Source: Pyrodictiaceae archaeon (GTDB taxonomy: Archaea; Thermoproteota; Thermoprotei_A; Sulfolobales; Pyrodictiaceae). Taken from it: a stretch of DNA of 64,000 nucleotides. The stretch covers positions 1,156,880 through 1,220,879 of the forward strand of contig JALVSY010000007.1 in assembly GCA_027036135.1 (NCBI GenBank), given 5' to 3'. Each line of letters starts with the position of its first letter. Position 1 is the stretch's first letter. Of this stretch, positions 30,599 through 40,428 are shown piece by piece. A program made the position numbers and the translations under genes. The notes beneath the pieces were generated by a model that had not been told where the DNA came from, did not search any database, and saw only the letters and a program-made list of their open reading frames with translations.

Positions 30599-30987
30599 TA
30601 GAACTAGTAGCTCGTAAAAGGCAGAGGATACCTGGCTACGTCTCAGCGCTCACCGTTGTAGAGTACCCGCCGGTCCTGCGCTTCGTAGACGAGGTGCTCT
30701 ATCCCAGGAAGAGGGACTACCTACTAGCAACAAAGTGGCAGGCAGAGCTAAGGAAGATAGGCACACCGTTGCCAGCCGTGGACCTAGTAATAGCCGCACA
30801 AGCCTATAACGAGAACCTGGCCCTAGTGACCCTTGACAAGCACTTCAAGCTACTAAAACAACTAGTAGCACCCAGGCTAGAGATAAGGGACACTATCCAG
30901 GGCAATAGCCCTACGCGCCACTATTTTGCCCCGCCACATACCCGGGCTTCTCCCGGGGTGTCTGAATTATGGGTTCTCGGCGCGTAG
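30565..30987 (+). CDS. vapC: PIN domain toxin
   Basis: IYDTSAVI, TVVEY, DLVIAA, TLDKHF motifs. Confidence 0.9.
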   Translation: MEEAIYDTSAVIELVARKRQRIPGYVSALTVVEYPPVLRFVDEVLYPRKRDYLLATKWQAELRKIGTPLPAVDLVIAAQAYNENLALVTLDKHFKLLKQLVAPRLEIRDTIQGNSPTRHYFAPPHTRASPGVSELWVLGA

Positions 30988-31529
30988 AGGTTGAGGCCAA
31001 GATCGTTCTCCCGGGCTGCGACTTGCTAAGAGTCGTTGAGGAGAGGCTTCGGGGCCTCGGCGCTGTGCACGAGAAGAGCGTGGTCGAGGAGGATACTTAT
31101 TATCAGCACCCGTGCCGGGACTTCGCTGAGACCGACGAGGCTCTCCGCATCAGACGAGTAGATGGAAGATATGAGCTCACGTATAAGGGGCCTAAGAGGG
31201 TCATAGATGGCTCCAAGGCCCGCGAAGAGATAACTATACAGCTCACCAGCGCCTCCCAGATGGCTAGGCTGCTTGAGGCCCTAGGGTTCCGCCCAGTAGC
31301 CATTGTGCGCAAGCACCGAGACTACTACAAGCTAGGAGACATAGTTGTTAGCCTAGACGAGGTAGAAGAGCTGGGCTGCTTCCTCGAAGCAGAGTATAGT
31401 GGCGAGAGAGGCCCCGAGGAGGCGGCGAGAGCCATAAGGGAGGCCCTAGAGAAGCTCGGCGTATCGGGCTACGGGTCAACCACCAAGTCCTACCTAGAAC
31501 TAATCCTTGAGTCAAAAAGGAAAGCGTGA
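30969..31529 (+). CDS. cyaB: CYTH-domain protein (class IV adenylate cyclase-like)
   Basis: EVEAK, DTYY, ALRIR, LTYKGP, LGCFLEAE, SYLE motifs. Confidence 0.9.
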   Translation: MGSRRVEVEAKIVLPGCDLLRVVEERLRGLGAVHEKSVVEEDTYYQHPCRDFAETDEALRIRRVDGRYELTYKGPKRVIDGSKAREEITIQLTSASQMARLLEALGFRPVAIVRKHRDYYKLGDIVVSLDEVEELGCFLEAEYSGERGPEEAARAIREALEKLGVSGYGSTTKSYLELILESKRKA

Positions 31530-31740
31530 TTCATATACTATAAGGGTGTAGCACGGAGTGCCTTGATCAGTAGTCTATAGTCTACAAAGTTTTTCGAGGC
31601 CTAGCCCTAGAAACTCGTAGGGCTTTTACTTGTCTCGGCTATAATGTGAAGCATTATTTGTCTAATAAGGTGACTTTATTTCTATGGTATATGTGGTTCT
31701 TCTTAGTGCTTCTTTGCAAAAACGATATAAAACTAGAGTG

Positions 31741-31754
31741 ACTGACCGGTCAGT
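31741..31754. promoter_or_regulatory. 14-bp perfect palindrome ACTGACCGGTCAGT between TATA box and start of the CDF gene
   Basis: Read directly; A-tract plus GATATAAA just upstream and GGTGA RBS just downstream. Confidence 0.6.
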
Positions 31755-31767
31755 TAGGTGATAACTT

Positions 31768-32691
31768 ATGCACAAGCATCTTCACAGTATCGCCGAGGAA
31801 AGAATGTGGGCAGTACTCGCCCTAAACATGGCAATAACGCTCGCTGAGCTAATTGGCGGCATATTATCGGGTAGCGTGGCTCTTCTCAGCGACGCTATTC
31901 ATAATCTGGGCGATGCATTAAGTGTTGCAACAAGCTATGTAGCGATGCTCATAGCTAGGCGCCCAGCAACTGAGAGGTATAGTTTCGGCTACAAGAAAGC
32001 AGAGGCACTAGCAGCGTTCTTTAACTCGAACTTGTTACTCTTCATGCTGGCCCTAGCTCTTCTAGAAGCACTTAGGAGGCTCGTGAGCCCTGCCCCAATT
32101 AATACTGGTACCGCATTAATTGTTACAATAGTAGCCTTGGTAGCGAACACTGGCTCAGTACTGCTCTTACACGGGCATAGTAAGCATAGCATAAACGTTA
32201 GATCAATATACTTGCACATGATAGGTGACGCGTTATCCTCGTTCACAGTCTTATTATCATTATTGATCATACATTATGCCGGGCTTTACGTAGTAGACCC
32301 GCTAGTCTCGATACTGATAGCTCTCTACGTAGCGAGAGAGGCTGTATGTTTACTCAAAGAGGCAGCTAGTATACTAATGGACAGCTCGCCCATAGACCTA
32401 AGAACAGTAAAGGAAATACTCGAATCCATGCCAGGCGTGAGAAACGTACATCATTGCCATGCGTGGCGGTTATCATATCATGAGACAGCCCTTGAGTGCC
32501 ACATCGACGTGGACGGAGACTTATCGATCTCGAGCGCTCAGAGCATAATAATGGAGGCCAAAAGGAAGCTCCAAGCCTTAGGTATTAGCCATGTAACCTT
32601 GCAGCTGGAGAGCGATCTCTGCAAAGATAAGAGCCTAGTATGTAGCATGGCTAGCAATAGAGCTAATATTACTCAATGTAACTCGGTGTAG
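31768..32691 (+). CDS. Cation diffusion facilitator (CzcD/ZitB-like) transporter
   Basis: ALLSDAIHNLGD, YSFGY, LHMIGDAL, HVTLQLE. Confidence 0.93.
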   Translation: MHKHLHSIAEERMWAVLALNMAITLAELIGGILSGSVALLSDAIHNLGDALSVATSYVAMLIARRPATERYSFGYKKAEALAAFFNSNLLLFMLALALLEALRRLVSPAPINTGTALIVTIVALVANTGSVLLLHGHSKHSINVRSIYLHMIGDALSSFTVLLSLLIIHYAGLYVVDPLVSILIALYVAREAVCLLKEAASILMDSSPIDLRTVKEILESMPGVRNVHHCHAWRLSYHETALECHIDVDGDLSISSAQSIIMEAKRKLQALGISHVTLQLESDLCKDKSLVCSMASNRANITQCNSV

Positions 32692-32837
32692 GACGAGTCA
32701 ATAACGGAGAGCACTAATAACTACAGCGTCTCTTCGCGCAGAAGCAATAACTTGGATAACGAAATCCTTGGGAACGTGAGAGGTGAAAGTATATTCCTTG
32801 TCTATGTATTTTCTTTAAACCGGGGTTGGCTAGCTAG

Positions 32838-34001
32838 TTGCGCGTAGTCATGGTGTCCCGGGCTCCCCCGGCTTTCTGCGGCATAGCTGAGTATGCTAGC
32901 ATGCTCCTCGAGGCTCTCCGGAGGAGGCATGGTGTTGAGGGCTTCTTTGTCTCGACAAGGGTAGTGGGCAGCACTGATACCTATACAGAGCCCTATAGCG
33001 GCTCGGAGGTCTACCAGTGCTTCACGGAGGACGGTGGCTACCGCGGCATACTAGCCTGCGTCTCCCTACTAGACCCTGGGCCCGACACGGTTGTCCACGT
33101 ACAGCACGAGTACAGCATATTCAGGAGCAAGGAGGAGTTCATAGACGCCCTCACGAGGCTAAGGAAGCTACTAGGCGAGAAGGGAGCCAAGCTCGTAGTA
33201 ACGCTGCACACAGTCGCGCACCCCATCATCCACCCTGACCGCGTAGAAACCCAGCTAGCAATAGGCAAGCTAGCAGACGCGGTAATAGTCCACTCAAGGC
33301 TCATGGAGTACGAGCTAATAGTCCAGGGCGTAGACGCGGAGAAGATACACATGATACCCCACGGCTCAACCCTCAACCCCTACCTCGGCAGAGACAAGGA
33401 GAGGTTGCTGAAGCGACTAGGCCTGGGGGGAGAACTGCTAGACAAGAAGCTCGTTACGACACCGGGCTTCATAAGGCCAAACAAGGGCCTAACAACACTA
33501 CTAAGAGCATACACCCACACAGGCAAGGAGAACCAAGACCTCGCACTAATACTGATAGGAGCACCACAAGGACGCGGCCAACAATACCTCGAGTCACTGA
33601 AACCCTTGCTTGGAAGCACCCAGGGAATAGTCTTCGTGAACAGGTTCCTAAGAAGAGACGAGCTACTAGCACTACTAGCAGCAATAGACATAGTCGTGTT
33701 CCCATACGTCGTGGAGAAATTCTACGCGGTAAGCGGGGCACTACACCTAGCAATGGGGAGCAACAAGCCAGCAATATGCACCAGGGTAGCAAAACTCATA
33801 GAATGCAACGAGCTAGCACCAGAAACAAGCACACCAGCAGGCAAATACAAGGAAATAGCGAGGAAGATAACACTCCTCCTAGAAAACCACGAGCTCGCCA
33901 CAAGCATAGCGGAGAGACTACGGAGATACGCGGAGCAAACAAGCTGGGACAAAACAGCAGACAAGCACATAGCACTCTATGAAACGCTCTCAAGGAGATA
34001 A
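32838..34001 (+). CDS. Glycosyltransferase family 4
   Basis: CGIAEY, HVQHEY, VTLHTV, IPHG, GFIRPNKG, SGALHLA. Confidence 0.9.
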   Translation: MRVVMVSRAPPAFCGIAEYASMLLEALRRRHGVEGFFVSTRVVGSTDTYTEPYSGSEVYQCFTEDGGYRGILACVSLLDPGPDTVVHVQHEYSIFRSKEEFIDALTRLRKLLGEKGAKLVVTLHTVAHPIIHPDRVETQLAIGKLADAVIVHSRLMEYELIVQGVDAEKIHMIPHGSTLNPYLGRDKERLLKRLGLGGELLDKKLVTTPGFIRPNKGLTTLLRAYTHTGKENQDLALILIGAPQGRGQQYLESLKPLLGSTQGIVFVNRFLRRDELLALLAAIDIVVFPYVVEKFYAVSGALHLAMGSNKPAICTRVAKLIECNELAPETSTPAGKYKEIARKITLLLENHELATSIAERLRRYAEQTSWDKTADKHIALYETLSRR

Positions 34002-34197
34002 CATTGTTTAGACTCACCACCTCCTTGCTGCTCTTCTTATTTATCACAATATAATAGTAAATAATTGCATAAAGTAGTTAGGACTTGCAAGCTATTCTGA
34101 TATCTTGAAATGTTCTTCTGCGCTTGTATATGGCTCCCTCAATATTGTGTAGTAATATTGAAGGCTAAGATGTAGTGAATCCGATGTTTGTTCTTAG

Positions 34198-34617
34198 TTA
34201 CTCTTTTTGTATAGTTTTCTCGAATGGGTTTATTGCGTTTATTATGTTCTTGAAGTCCTCTGTATTCTCTGTCAGTATGGTCTTTACGTTATGGGAGAGG
34301 TATGTGTAGGCTATGAGCGCGTCCCAGAACCTCTTAGGAGGATGCCTTATGGCTTGGAGAACCTCTTTAATGGTATATGAGCCTATAATGGTTCCTTTGG
34401 CGTGTAGTCTCTCTATGAGTAGAAGCGCGTCATCTAGGGCTACTGGTAGTTTCTTTTTCGCAACGTAGAGGAATTCTGCAACTACTTGTGTCGTGACAGC
34501 GTATTCGCTAGGGTTTCTCAGAATATCTTCCAGCAATGAGAGAGCCCTTTTGTGCTTATCTTCATCGGTGCTATCAATCATGTAGACTAGGATGTTCGTG
34601 TCTAAGCCTTTCTTCAT
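34198..34617 (-). CDS. vapC: PIN domain toxin
   Basis: LDTNILVY, QVVAEF, FWDALI, LTENTEDF. Confidence 0.9.
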   Translation of the reverse strand: MKKGLDTNILVYMIDSTDEDKHKRALSLLEDILRNPSEYAVTTQVVAEFLYVAKKKLPVALDDALLLIERLHAKGTIIGSYTIKEVLQAIRHPPKRFWDALIAYTYLSHNVKTILTENTEDFKNIINAINPFEKTIQKE

Positions 34618-34846
34618 ATATTTTTTCCCTCTTTAGCTCCTCGGGGCTCAGTCCTAGCTTCCAGCCTCTTTGGAGCCTCCTTAGCAGCTCTAAATCCGCG
34701 TCCTCGAGTCCTTTGATCCTAAGCAGTATTCCTTCCTGCCTCTTTTCAACAACTAATCTTTCACCGGGCTTTAGCCCTAGTTCCTCTGCTACATCCTCGT
34801 CGAGTACGATTGTGCGCTTATCGCGCACAACAGCCAAGAGAATCAC
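34574..34846 (-). CDS. AbrB/MazE-type antitoxin
   Basis: VAEELGLKPGERL swapped-hairpin signature; directly upstream of the PIN gene. Confidence 0.82.
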   Translation of the reverse strand: MILLAVVRDKRTIVLDEDVAEELGLKPGERLVVEKRQEGILLRIKGLEDADLELLRRLQRGWKLGLSPEELKREKIYEERLRHEHPSLHD

Positions 34847-34951
34847 CTATCCTCCGAATACTATACGAAGTCTGCGGAACCATATATGCTCACTTCTCCT
34901 GGGAAAGAGGCTAGATTGCATCCATGATTATAGCGAGTATATCTCGCTGGG

Positions 34952-35533
34952 CTAGATCCATTCTTTTCCGCATATGGGGCATCTCTTCTCGATTAGTTGT
35001 GCCCCGCATACCGGGCACTTGTTACCAATCGGTTCTAGGCTTGTTCCCCTAGTCTCTAGTAGTGTTGTTAGTCCCCGGGCTAGAGCGGATACGGTCATTG
35101 CTGCTATGTAGGTTAGTACCCAGGGGGCTATGTTGTGGCGCTTGGCTAGGTTCTCGAGGTCGCTTGGTCTGCCCAGCTGGTATAGCCTGGCTGCGTCGTA
35201 GATGAGGAGTGGGTTCTTTGAGATAGCGTTGCTTAGCTTGGCTACCTCGTCGTATTGGCCGTGCCTGACAAGTACTAAGGCGGCTTGGTTTGCTAGGTCT
35301 ATTAGGCGTAGAGGATCCCTTACTGGTAGGCCTCCTCTTACTAGGAGGGGGTATTGCTTGGTCTTTGCGAGCCACTGGTAGAGGTCTAGTAGGCCTGGCT
35401 CTGTGGCTATCATCTCTGCTGCCTTGTTGGCGAGCTCCTGTATCGCTTCCAGGGAGTCCCTGATTATGTCCTGTTTATCGATGCTGTCTGGGAGTATCTG
35501 TTCTAGGAGTATTGCTAGTGGGTCGTTCTCCAT
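34952..35533 (-). CDS. Helical protein with C-terminal zinc ribbon (short FdhE-like)
   Basis: CPVCG...CPICGKEW at the C-terminus. Confidence 0.55.
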   Translation of the reverse strand: MENDPLAILLEQILPDSIDKQDIIRDSLEAIQELANKAAEMIATEPGLLDLYQWLAKTKQYPLLVRGGLPVRDPLRLIDLANQAALVLVRHGQYDEVAKLSNAISKNPLLIYDAARLYQLGRPSDLENLAKRHNIAPWVLTYIAAMTVSALARGLTTLLETRGTSLEPIGNKCPVCGAQLIEKRCPICGKEWI

Positions 35534-35590
35534 GGCCTGTGCGCCTACGGGAGAACTCCTTGCTCGCTTGTACCGTTTTGCTTCTTGGTC

Positions 35591-36343
35591 TTATTTGGTT
35601 GTTTCCCGTGTGCTGTAGAGGATTATCGCTGCTGCAATTATCATTGAGGAGCCGGTTATGAGGGAGGCGATTGCGTAGTTTCCTAGTTTTTCTCTTAGGT
35701 TATTTAGCTGTGCTTGTTGCGTGTTGTTTAGTGCTTGTCTCGCCTCCTTTATTATCTGCTTTGCTTCTGCTAGTGTCTTGTTCAGCTTCGAGGGGGGCAT
35801 CGAGTCTATGATTTTCTCCGCAGTGTCTAGGTATTGTTGTATTCGCTGGGGCGGGTTCTTCTCTATCGCCTCTAGGATTTCCAGAGCCTTGGCTGTTAGT
35901 GGCTGTGCTTGCTTCATGTAGCTTGCTAGTTGTTGTAGCACAGGGCCAAGTATTAGGGAGACTAGTGTGTTGTTCTGCCTTGCTAGTTTCTGGAGCTGTT
36001 TTATTGTCTCGTTGTAGTCCTTGCTGTGCGTCAACATGTATGCCTCGATGAGGAGCTGCTTGTCCCGGATAGCCTCGTTGTATATCGCCTTGTAGTCTTC
36101 CAGGGTCTTCTCGATGCTTGGCAGCATGCTTACTAGCTCGCTGTACCTTGTCGTTATGTTTGCCTCTTCTACCTCCTTGATTATTTTCTCTGCCTCTGTG
36201 AGCAGCTCGGTGTAGTTCGCAAGTGTCTTGTTCCAGTTGCTTGTCGCTAGGCTAGCCGAGTAGTGGTGGAGCACTAGGGCTAGGAGTAAGAGCACCACGC
36301 CTGCCCCGAGGAGGGTCCCTGCTACTAGCTCCTTGGCGTGCAT
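35591..36343 (-). CDS. Membrane protein with two terminal TMs and a long helical/coiled-coil loop
   Basis: Hydrophobic ends, heptad-rich centre, several N-x-T sequons. Confidence 0.75.
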   Translation of the reverse strand: MHAKELVAGTLLGAGVVLLLLALVLHHYSASLATSNWNKTLANYTELLTEAEKIIKEVEEANITTRYSELVSMLPSIEKTLEDYKAIYNEAIRDKQLLIEAYMLTHSKDYNETIKQLQKLARQNNTLVSLILGPVLQQLASYMKQAQPLTAKALEILEAIEKNPPQRIQQYLDTAEKIIDSMPPSKLNKTLAEAKQIIKEARQALNNTQQAQLNNLREKLGNYAIASLITGSSMIIAAAIILYSTRETTK

Positions 36344-36529
36344 TGCCTAGTCACCGGTCTTCTCCCTGTTGCTACTCTACTGGTGAGGCTTGGGGAGCAA
36401 TATATCGGTTCTCGATACTTCTGTGCCTCTAGGGGGTTAGGCTTATAAACTGGTACTTGGTGGGACTCATTATTTGTAATGAGTGGTGGAATAGAGTAAC
36501 TTAGCCGTGGAGGATGCTTAGTAGCGGCC

Positions 36530-37924
36530 ATGAGGATGCCCCTACCCGTTACGAGGATGCGTAGGACGAGCCGTGAAGAGGGGAGAGCCGCTAGCTCCTT
36601 TGGCGCTGCTTACCTCGTACTAGTGGCTGAGGCAGGGGCTGCTGGGTTCTACATCGCGGTTACCCGTGGCCTCGCCCCGGTACTGATGGCCTACATAGGG
36701 CTAAGCGTTGAGCAGGTTATGCTCGTTGTTCTAGCTGCCTATGTCTCCGCGCTGGGCGTCCTCTCTGCTCTCCGGGGCCGTGGGGTTAGGAGGCTTCGTC
36801 GTAGCCTAGTAGCTATCCATGGGCTTGAGCGCGTCGCGTGGGGCTTGTTGCCGCTAGCTGCTCTACTCGGGCCCCCTGGGCTCATCGCTGCTTATTCCCT
36901 CGCTGTTAGCCTTGGTACGGTGACTAGCCTCCTACTAACAACCACTATCTTCAGTATATTCGATGAGGCTGGGGCTCGCCGCGTCATAGCTCACCGCTCA
37001 GCTGTGTCTGCTGCTAGCAACATTGTTGGCCAGTTGACGAGCATCCTTGTACTAGCCATTATGAGTGGCTACTCTAAGTACATCTACCTCTATGCCCTAG
37101 GCTCCGGCGTCGGGCTCGTCGCTACCGCTGTTCTCGCTGCCTCGAGGCTCCCTATACCCGAGAGTGTCGTAGCAAGCAGTACTAGGGCTGGCCTGGAGGA
37201 GGAAGCTGTATCGGGGACAGTGTTCCTCTACATGATAGCCTATATGGCCTCCTCCGCTGTTCTCGCTACCGCGTGGGCTCCCTACCTAATACGCGTCCTA
37301 GGCGCCCCAGACTACCTCGCTGCTGGGCTTGGGCTCGTGCAAATGGTTACTAGTATTGGTGCTAGTCTCTACTGGCTCCGTGTACCCTACTCTGCGTACA
37401 AGCAAGCACTACTGGTTCTACCCCTGGTCCCTGTCCTCGTCGCTGCTACGAGGGAGCCCCTACTCCACCTCGGTCTTGCAGGGCTCTACGCCTTCAGCGC
37501 TACGGGGGCTAACCTCTTGGCCAGCTTCCTCTACGCCGATCTCTCTAGGAGGCTAGGAGCGTTCAGCGCATCGATACGAGTAGCGATGGCGGCGGCTACT
37601 GCACAGGTAGCAGGGCTATCCGTGGCACTAGCCGCGTCGCAGCTAGGACTATGGGTGGTGTTCGCCTCCTCTGCTGCCTACGCTGTCCTTGCAGCGTTTA
37701 TTGCGCTCTACTCTCTACCAGAGGTTGCCCTTGTGCCCCGCGACCAGGCATTGGTGCATGCAAGGAGGCTCTACGTGGTTACTAGCGCTGCTTTCGGCTT
37801 CATAGTAGTGGTTTCGCGGAGAACCGTTGTAATGGTTCTACGCCTAGTGGCCCTGGGGCTTGCCTTGCTAATCCTATTGTTCCTTTATAGGCTGCTCTAC
37901 TACCTAGTAACCATACCACATTAA
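36530..37924 (+). CDS. MFS-like transporter
   Basis: 12 or more hydrophobic segments in two halves. Confidence 0.7.
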   Translation: MRMPLPVTRMRRTSREEGRAASSFGAAYLVLVAEAGAAGFYIAVTRGLAPVLMAYIGLSVEQVMLVVLAAYVSALGVLSALRGRGVRRLRRSLVAIHGLERVAWGLLPLAALLGPPGLIAAYSLAVSLGTVTSLLLTTTIFSIFDEAGARRVIAHRSAVSAASNIVGQLTSILVLAIMSGYSKYIYLYALGSGVGLVATAVLAASRLPIPESVVASSTRAGLEEEAVSGTVFLYMIAYMASSAVLATAWAPYLIRVLGAPDYLAAGLGLVQMVTSIGASLYWLRVPYSAYKQALLVLPLVPVLVAATREPLLHLGLAGLYAFSATGANLLASFLYADLSRRLGAFSASIRVAMAAATAQVAGLSVALAASQLGLWVVFASSAAYAVLAAFIALYSLPEVALVPRDQALVHARRLYVVTSAAFGFIVVVSRRTVVMVLRLVALGLALLILLFLYRLLYYLVTIPH

Positions 37925-37940
37925 CGAGGGAGGCTCTGAG

Positions 37941-38582
37941 ATGAGTACAGTAACCGCTACTAATGCTACGGGGCTCGAGGAGGCGCTGAGGCTAGCGCTA
38001 CGCGACCTAGCCTCGCTTGTACCGAGGCTCGCTGCCTCAGTGATAACTGGAGCAGTGCTCGTACTGGTCTCGGTTCTCATTGTGCGCCTAGTCTCGAGGC
38101 TACTAAGGGTCTCGAGGATAGACGAGCTACTGGACCCCGTATTCGAGAAGTATGGTGTGCCGTTTAGCTTCTCCTCGCTAGTGAACGGGCTACTCGTGTT
38201 CGTGCTCACCCTCCTAACCCTCTACGTCTCCATAGTCGCGGGGTTCCCCGAGTACAGCGGCGTCGCCGCGGAGATAGTCACGGTTACTGGTAGGATAGCG
38301 AGCGTGTTCGTAATGATACTCCTAGTATACGTGATTATTAACTATGTGACAGAGAAGCTACGGATGGAGAGAGGACTGAGAGGCTTCATGGCACTAGTGC
38401 TCTTCAACATCTCACTAATACTGTTGGTTGACGTCACTGCGCTAAGCCCGGTGGTTAAGCAGGCACTCGCGTGGGGCCTCAGCCTCGGCCTTGGGCTCTC
38501 CATAGCCGTGTTTACTGCCTGGTACTTCTTCGGTAGACCCGTTGAGAAGCCCGCTGCAAAGAATCGTGGCGAAGAACACTAG
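37941..38582 (+). CDS. Membrane protein with mechanosensitive-channel-type TM helix (CmpX/MscS-like N-terminus)
   Basis: LVPRLAASV...IDELL, GLSLGLG patterns. Confidence 0.55.
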   Translation: MSTVTATNATGLEEALRLALRDLASLVPRLAASVITGAVLVLVSVLIVRLVSRLLRVSRIDELLDPVFEKYGVPFSFSSLVNGLLVFVLTLLTLYVSIVAGFPEYSGVAAEIVTVTGRIASVFVMILLVYVIINYVTEKLRMERGLRGFMALVLFNISLILLVDVTALSPVVKQALAWGLSLGLGLSIAVFTAWYFFGRPVEKPAAKNRGEEH

Positions 38583-38667
38583 TCTCTTCGTCTATGGCCT
38601 CTGCGGCGCAGAGCCCTTGTCGCCTAGAACTAGGCCCCATATCCCCTACTATACGTGGGGCCGCCTA

Positions 38668-39465
38668 TTGGTCATTGTTCTCCGCGAGGCCTCTATTGGT
38701 TACCGTGGCGAGCCCGTGCTACGCAACGTTAGCGCCGAGCTGCGGGGCAGAGTAGTGCTTCTCGGCCCCAATGGAGCTGGGAAGACGACGCTTATGCGCG
38801 GTGTAGCTGGCATAGCTGACATCTACTCCGGCGAGGTACTCATCGACGGGGTGAGCGCTGCAGCCGCTTGTGGCTGCGCCGGTCTCCTAGGGGTTAATCT
38901 CCCAGAGGCCTATAACCTATTGTACCTTGATGCTTACCGGGTCCTTGAGCTCTACATGGATCTCCTAGGCGGCGACATAGGCTATGCCCTCGAGGTGTTG
39001 GAGAGACTCGGCCTCGGCAAGGACTTGCTGCGGAGGAGGAAGCCATGGGAGCTCTCAGCTGGGCAGCTTAAAGCCTTCACCACGGTCGCTGCTCTCGCCT
39101 CCAATGCTGGGAACATCTTGCTCGACGAGCCATTCGAGCAACTAGACCCCGCGCATAAAACCAGGGCACTGAGTCTCATAGAGCAGAGCAAGACGGGTAC
39201 ACTTGTCCTCGCTACGCACGAGACCTGGTTATTGAGGAGGCTGAGGAGCTGGAACGTCTACCTAGTATTCAGTGGGAGACTATGGGGCTCCATCGGCGCC
39301 GAGGAGCTCCTAGGCAGCGGCGTAGTAAGGGGGAGAGCCCGTGACGCCATCCTGGTCATCGAGGCCAATGGTTTTGTTATGAGCCTTGTCCGGGGCAGGG
39401 GTGAGCCCCTTATCAGGCTCGTTAGCCTCGACCACGTCTACGAGGTGTTGATGGAGGAGGCTTGA
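38668..39465 (+). CDS. ABC transporter ATP-binding protein
   Basis: GPNGAGKTT, LSAGQ, LLDEPF, ATH. Confidence 0.93.
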   Translation: MVIVLREASIGYRGEPVLRNVSAELRGRVVLLGPNGAGKTTLMRGVAGIADIYSGEVLIDGVSAAAACGCAGLLGVNLPEAYNLLYLDAYRVLELYMDLLGGDIGYALEVLERLGLGKDLLRRRKPWELSAGQLKAFTTVAALASNAGNILLDEPFEQLDPAHKTRALSLIEQSKTGTLVLATHETWLLRRLRSWNVYLVFSGRLWGSIGAEELLGSGVVRGRARDAILVIEANGFVMSLVRGRGEPLIRLVSLDHVYEVLMEEA

Positions 39466-39471
39466 TTCCTC

Positions 39472-40320
39472 TTGACAAAGTACTTGTTGTACAAGGTTCG
39501 CTCAATAACCCTTCACCCTGGCACAGTCTTCTGGTCAGTGTTCTTCGTATTGTTCTGGGCGATTATGTGGGTCTACGTATTCGGCACAGGTATAACAAAG
39601 TACTCATCCATGCCATGGTACCGCGAGGCCGTCTCAGCCTACTTCGCCACGGCCTTCAGCAGCCTAGGCATAATAGCCATGGGCTCAGCAAGCATAGGGC
39701 TGACACAGGGCTTGTTCACCAGCATCGCGGCGATAAGGTTCCTCACAAGGTTCTCCCGGCTAAGCCCCAGGAGATTCATAGTAGAGGATCTCGTTGCTAG
39801 CCTTCTCAGCCTACTCGTGGTAGCACTCGTAGAGGTAGTAGCTGTTATTCTCCTCGTGTGGCAGAGGTACGGTGTACTCATAGAGCCCAAGCACCCCTTA
39901 GCGCTACTAGGGCTACTTGTCGTCCTCGGGCTCTTCTTCTACGAGCTATCCCTCGTCTCCGGCCACTTGGCGCTCATGGTTGCGTCTAGGCACATGAGGA
40001 GCGCGTTATCGGGGCTATCGCTAATAGTGAGCTTCGTCCCATACGCACTACTGTTCACTGGTAGCGGGAACCTAGCAGGCTATGTGTTCCCGCCAATAGG
40101 GCTACAAGCACTAATAATCGGGGCCGTCTCGGGCGAAACGCCTCCAGCCACGAATACCATAAACTGGTTCAAAGAGAGCTTCCTAGAAGGCAGAGCCTAT
40201 ACATCCATAGACCCAGGCCTAGCCATGGCGGCGACACTGGTCTGGCTACTAGTAATGGGGATAGCGGCAATGGAGCTTGCTAGGAGAGCTAAGGCTGTTC
40301 ACCCAGCAGAGCTAGGCTGA
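39472..40320 (+). CDS. ABC-2 type exporter permease
   Basis: 6 TM protein following the ATPase. Confidence 0.75.
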   Translation: MTKYLLYKVRSITLHPGTVFWSVFFVLFWAIMWVYVFGTGITKYSSMPWYREAVSAYFATAFSSLGIIAMGSASIGLTQGLFTSIAAIRFLTRFSRLSPRRFIVEDLVASLLSLLVVALVEVVAVILLVWQRYGVLIEPKHPLALLGLLVVLGLFFYELSLVSGHLALMVASRHMRSALSGLSLIVSFVPYALLFTGSGNLAGYVFPPIGLQALIIGAVSGETPPATNTINWFKESFLEGRAYTSIDPGLAMAATLVWLLVMGIAAMELARRAKAVHPAELG

Positions 40321-40428
40321 GGAGAGGCCTCGGCTCACGGCCGTGCCCGGTGGAACCACACCCAGGGCTTCGGCCTGACGTGCAGACGTCATCGGCCCAT
40401 AACTATTACAAGGATAACGGGGGAGGGG

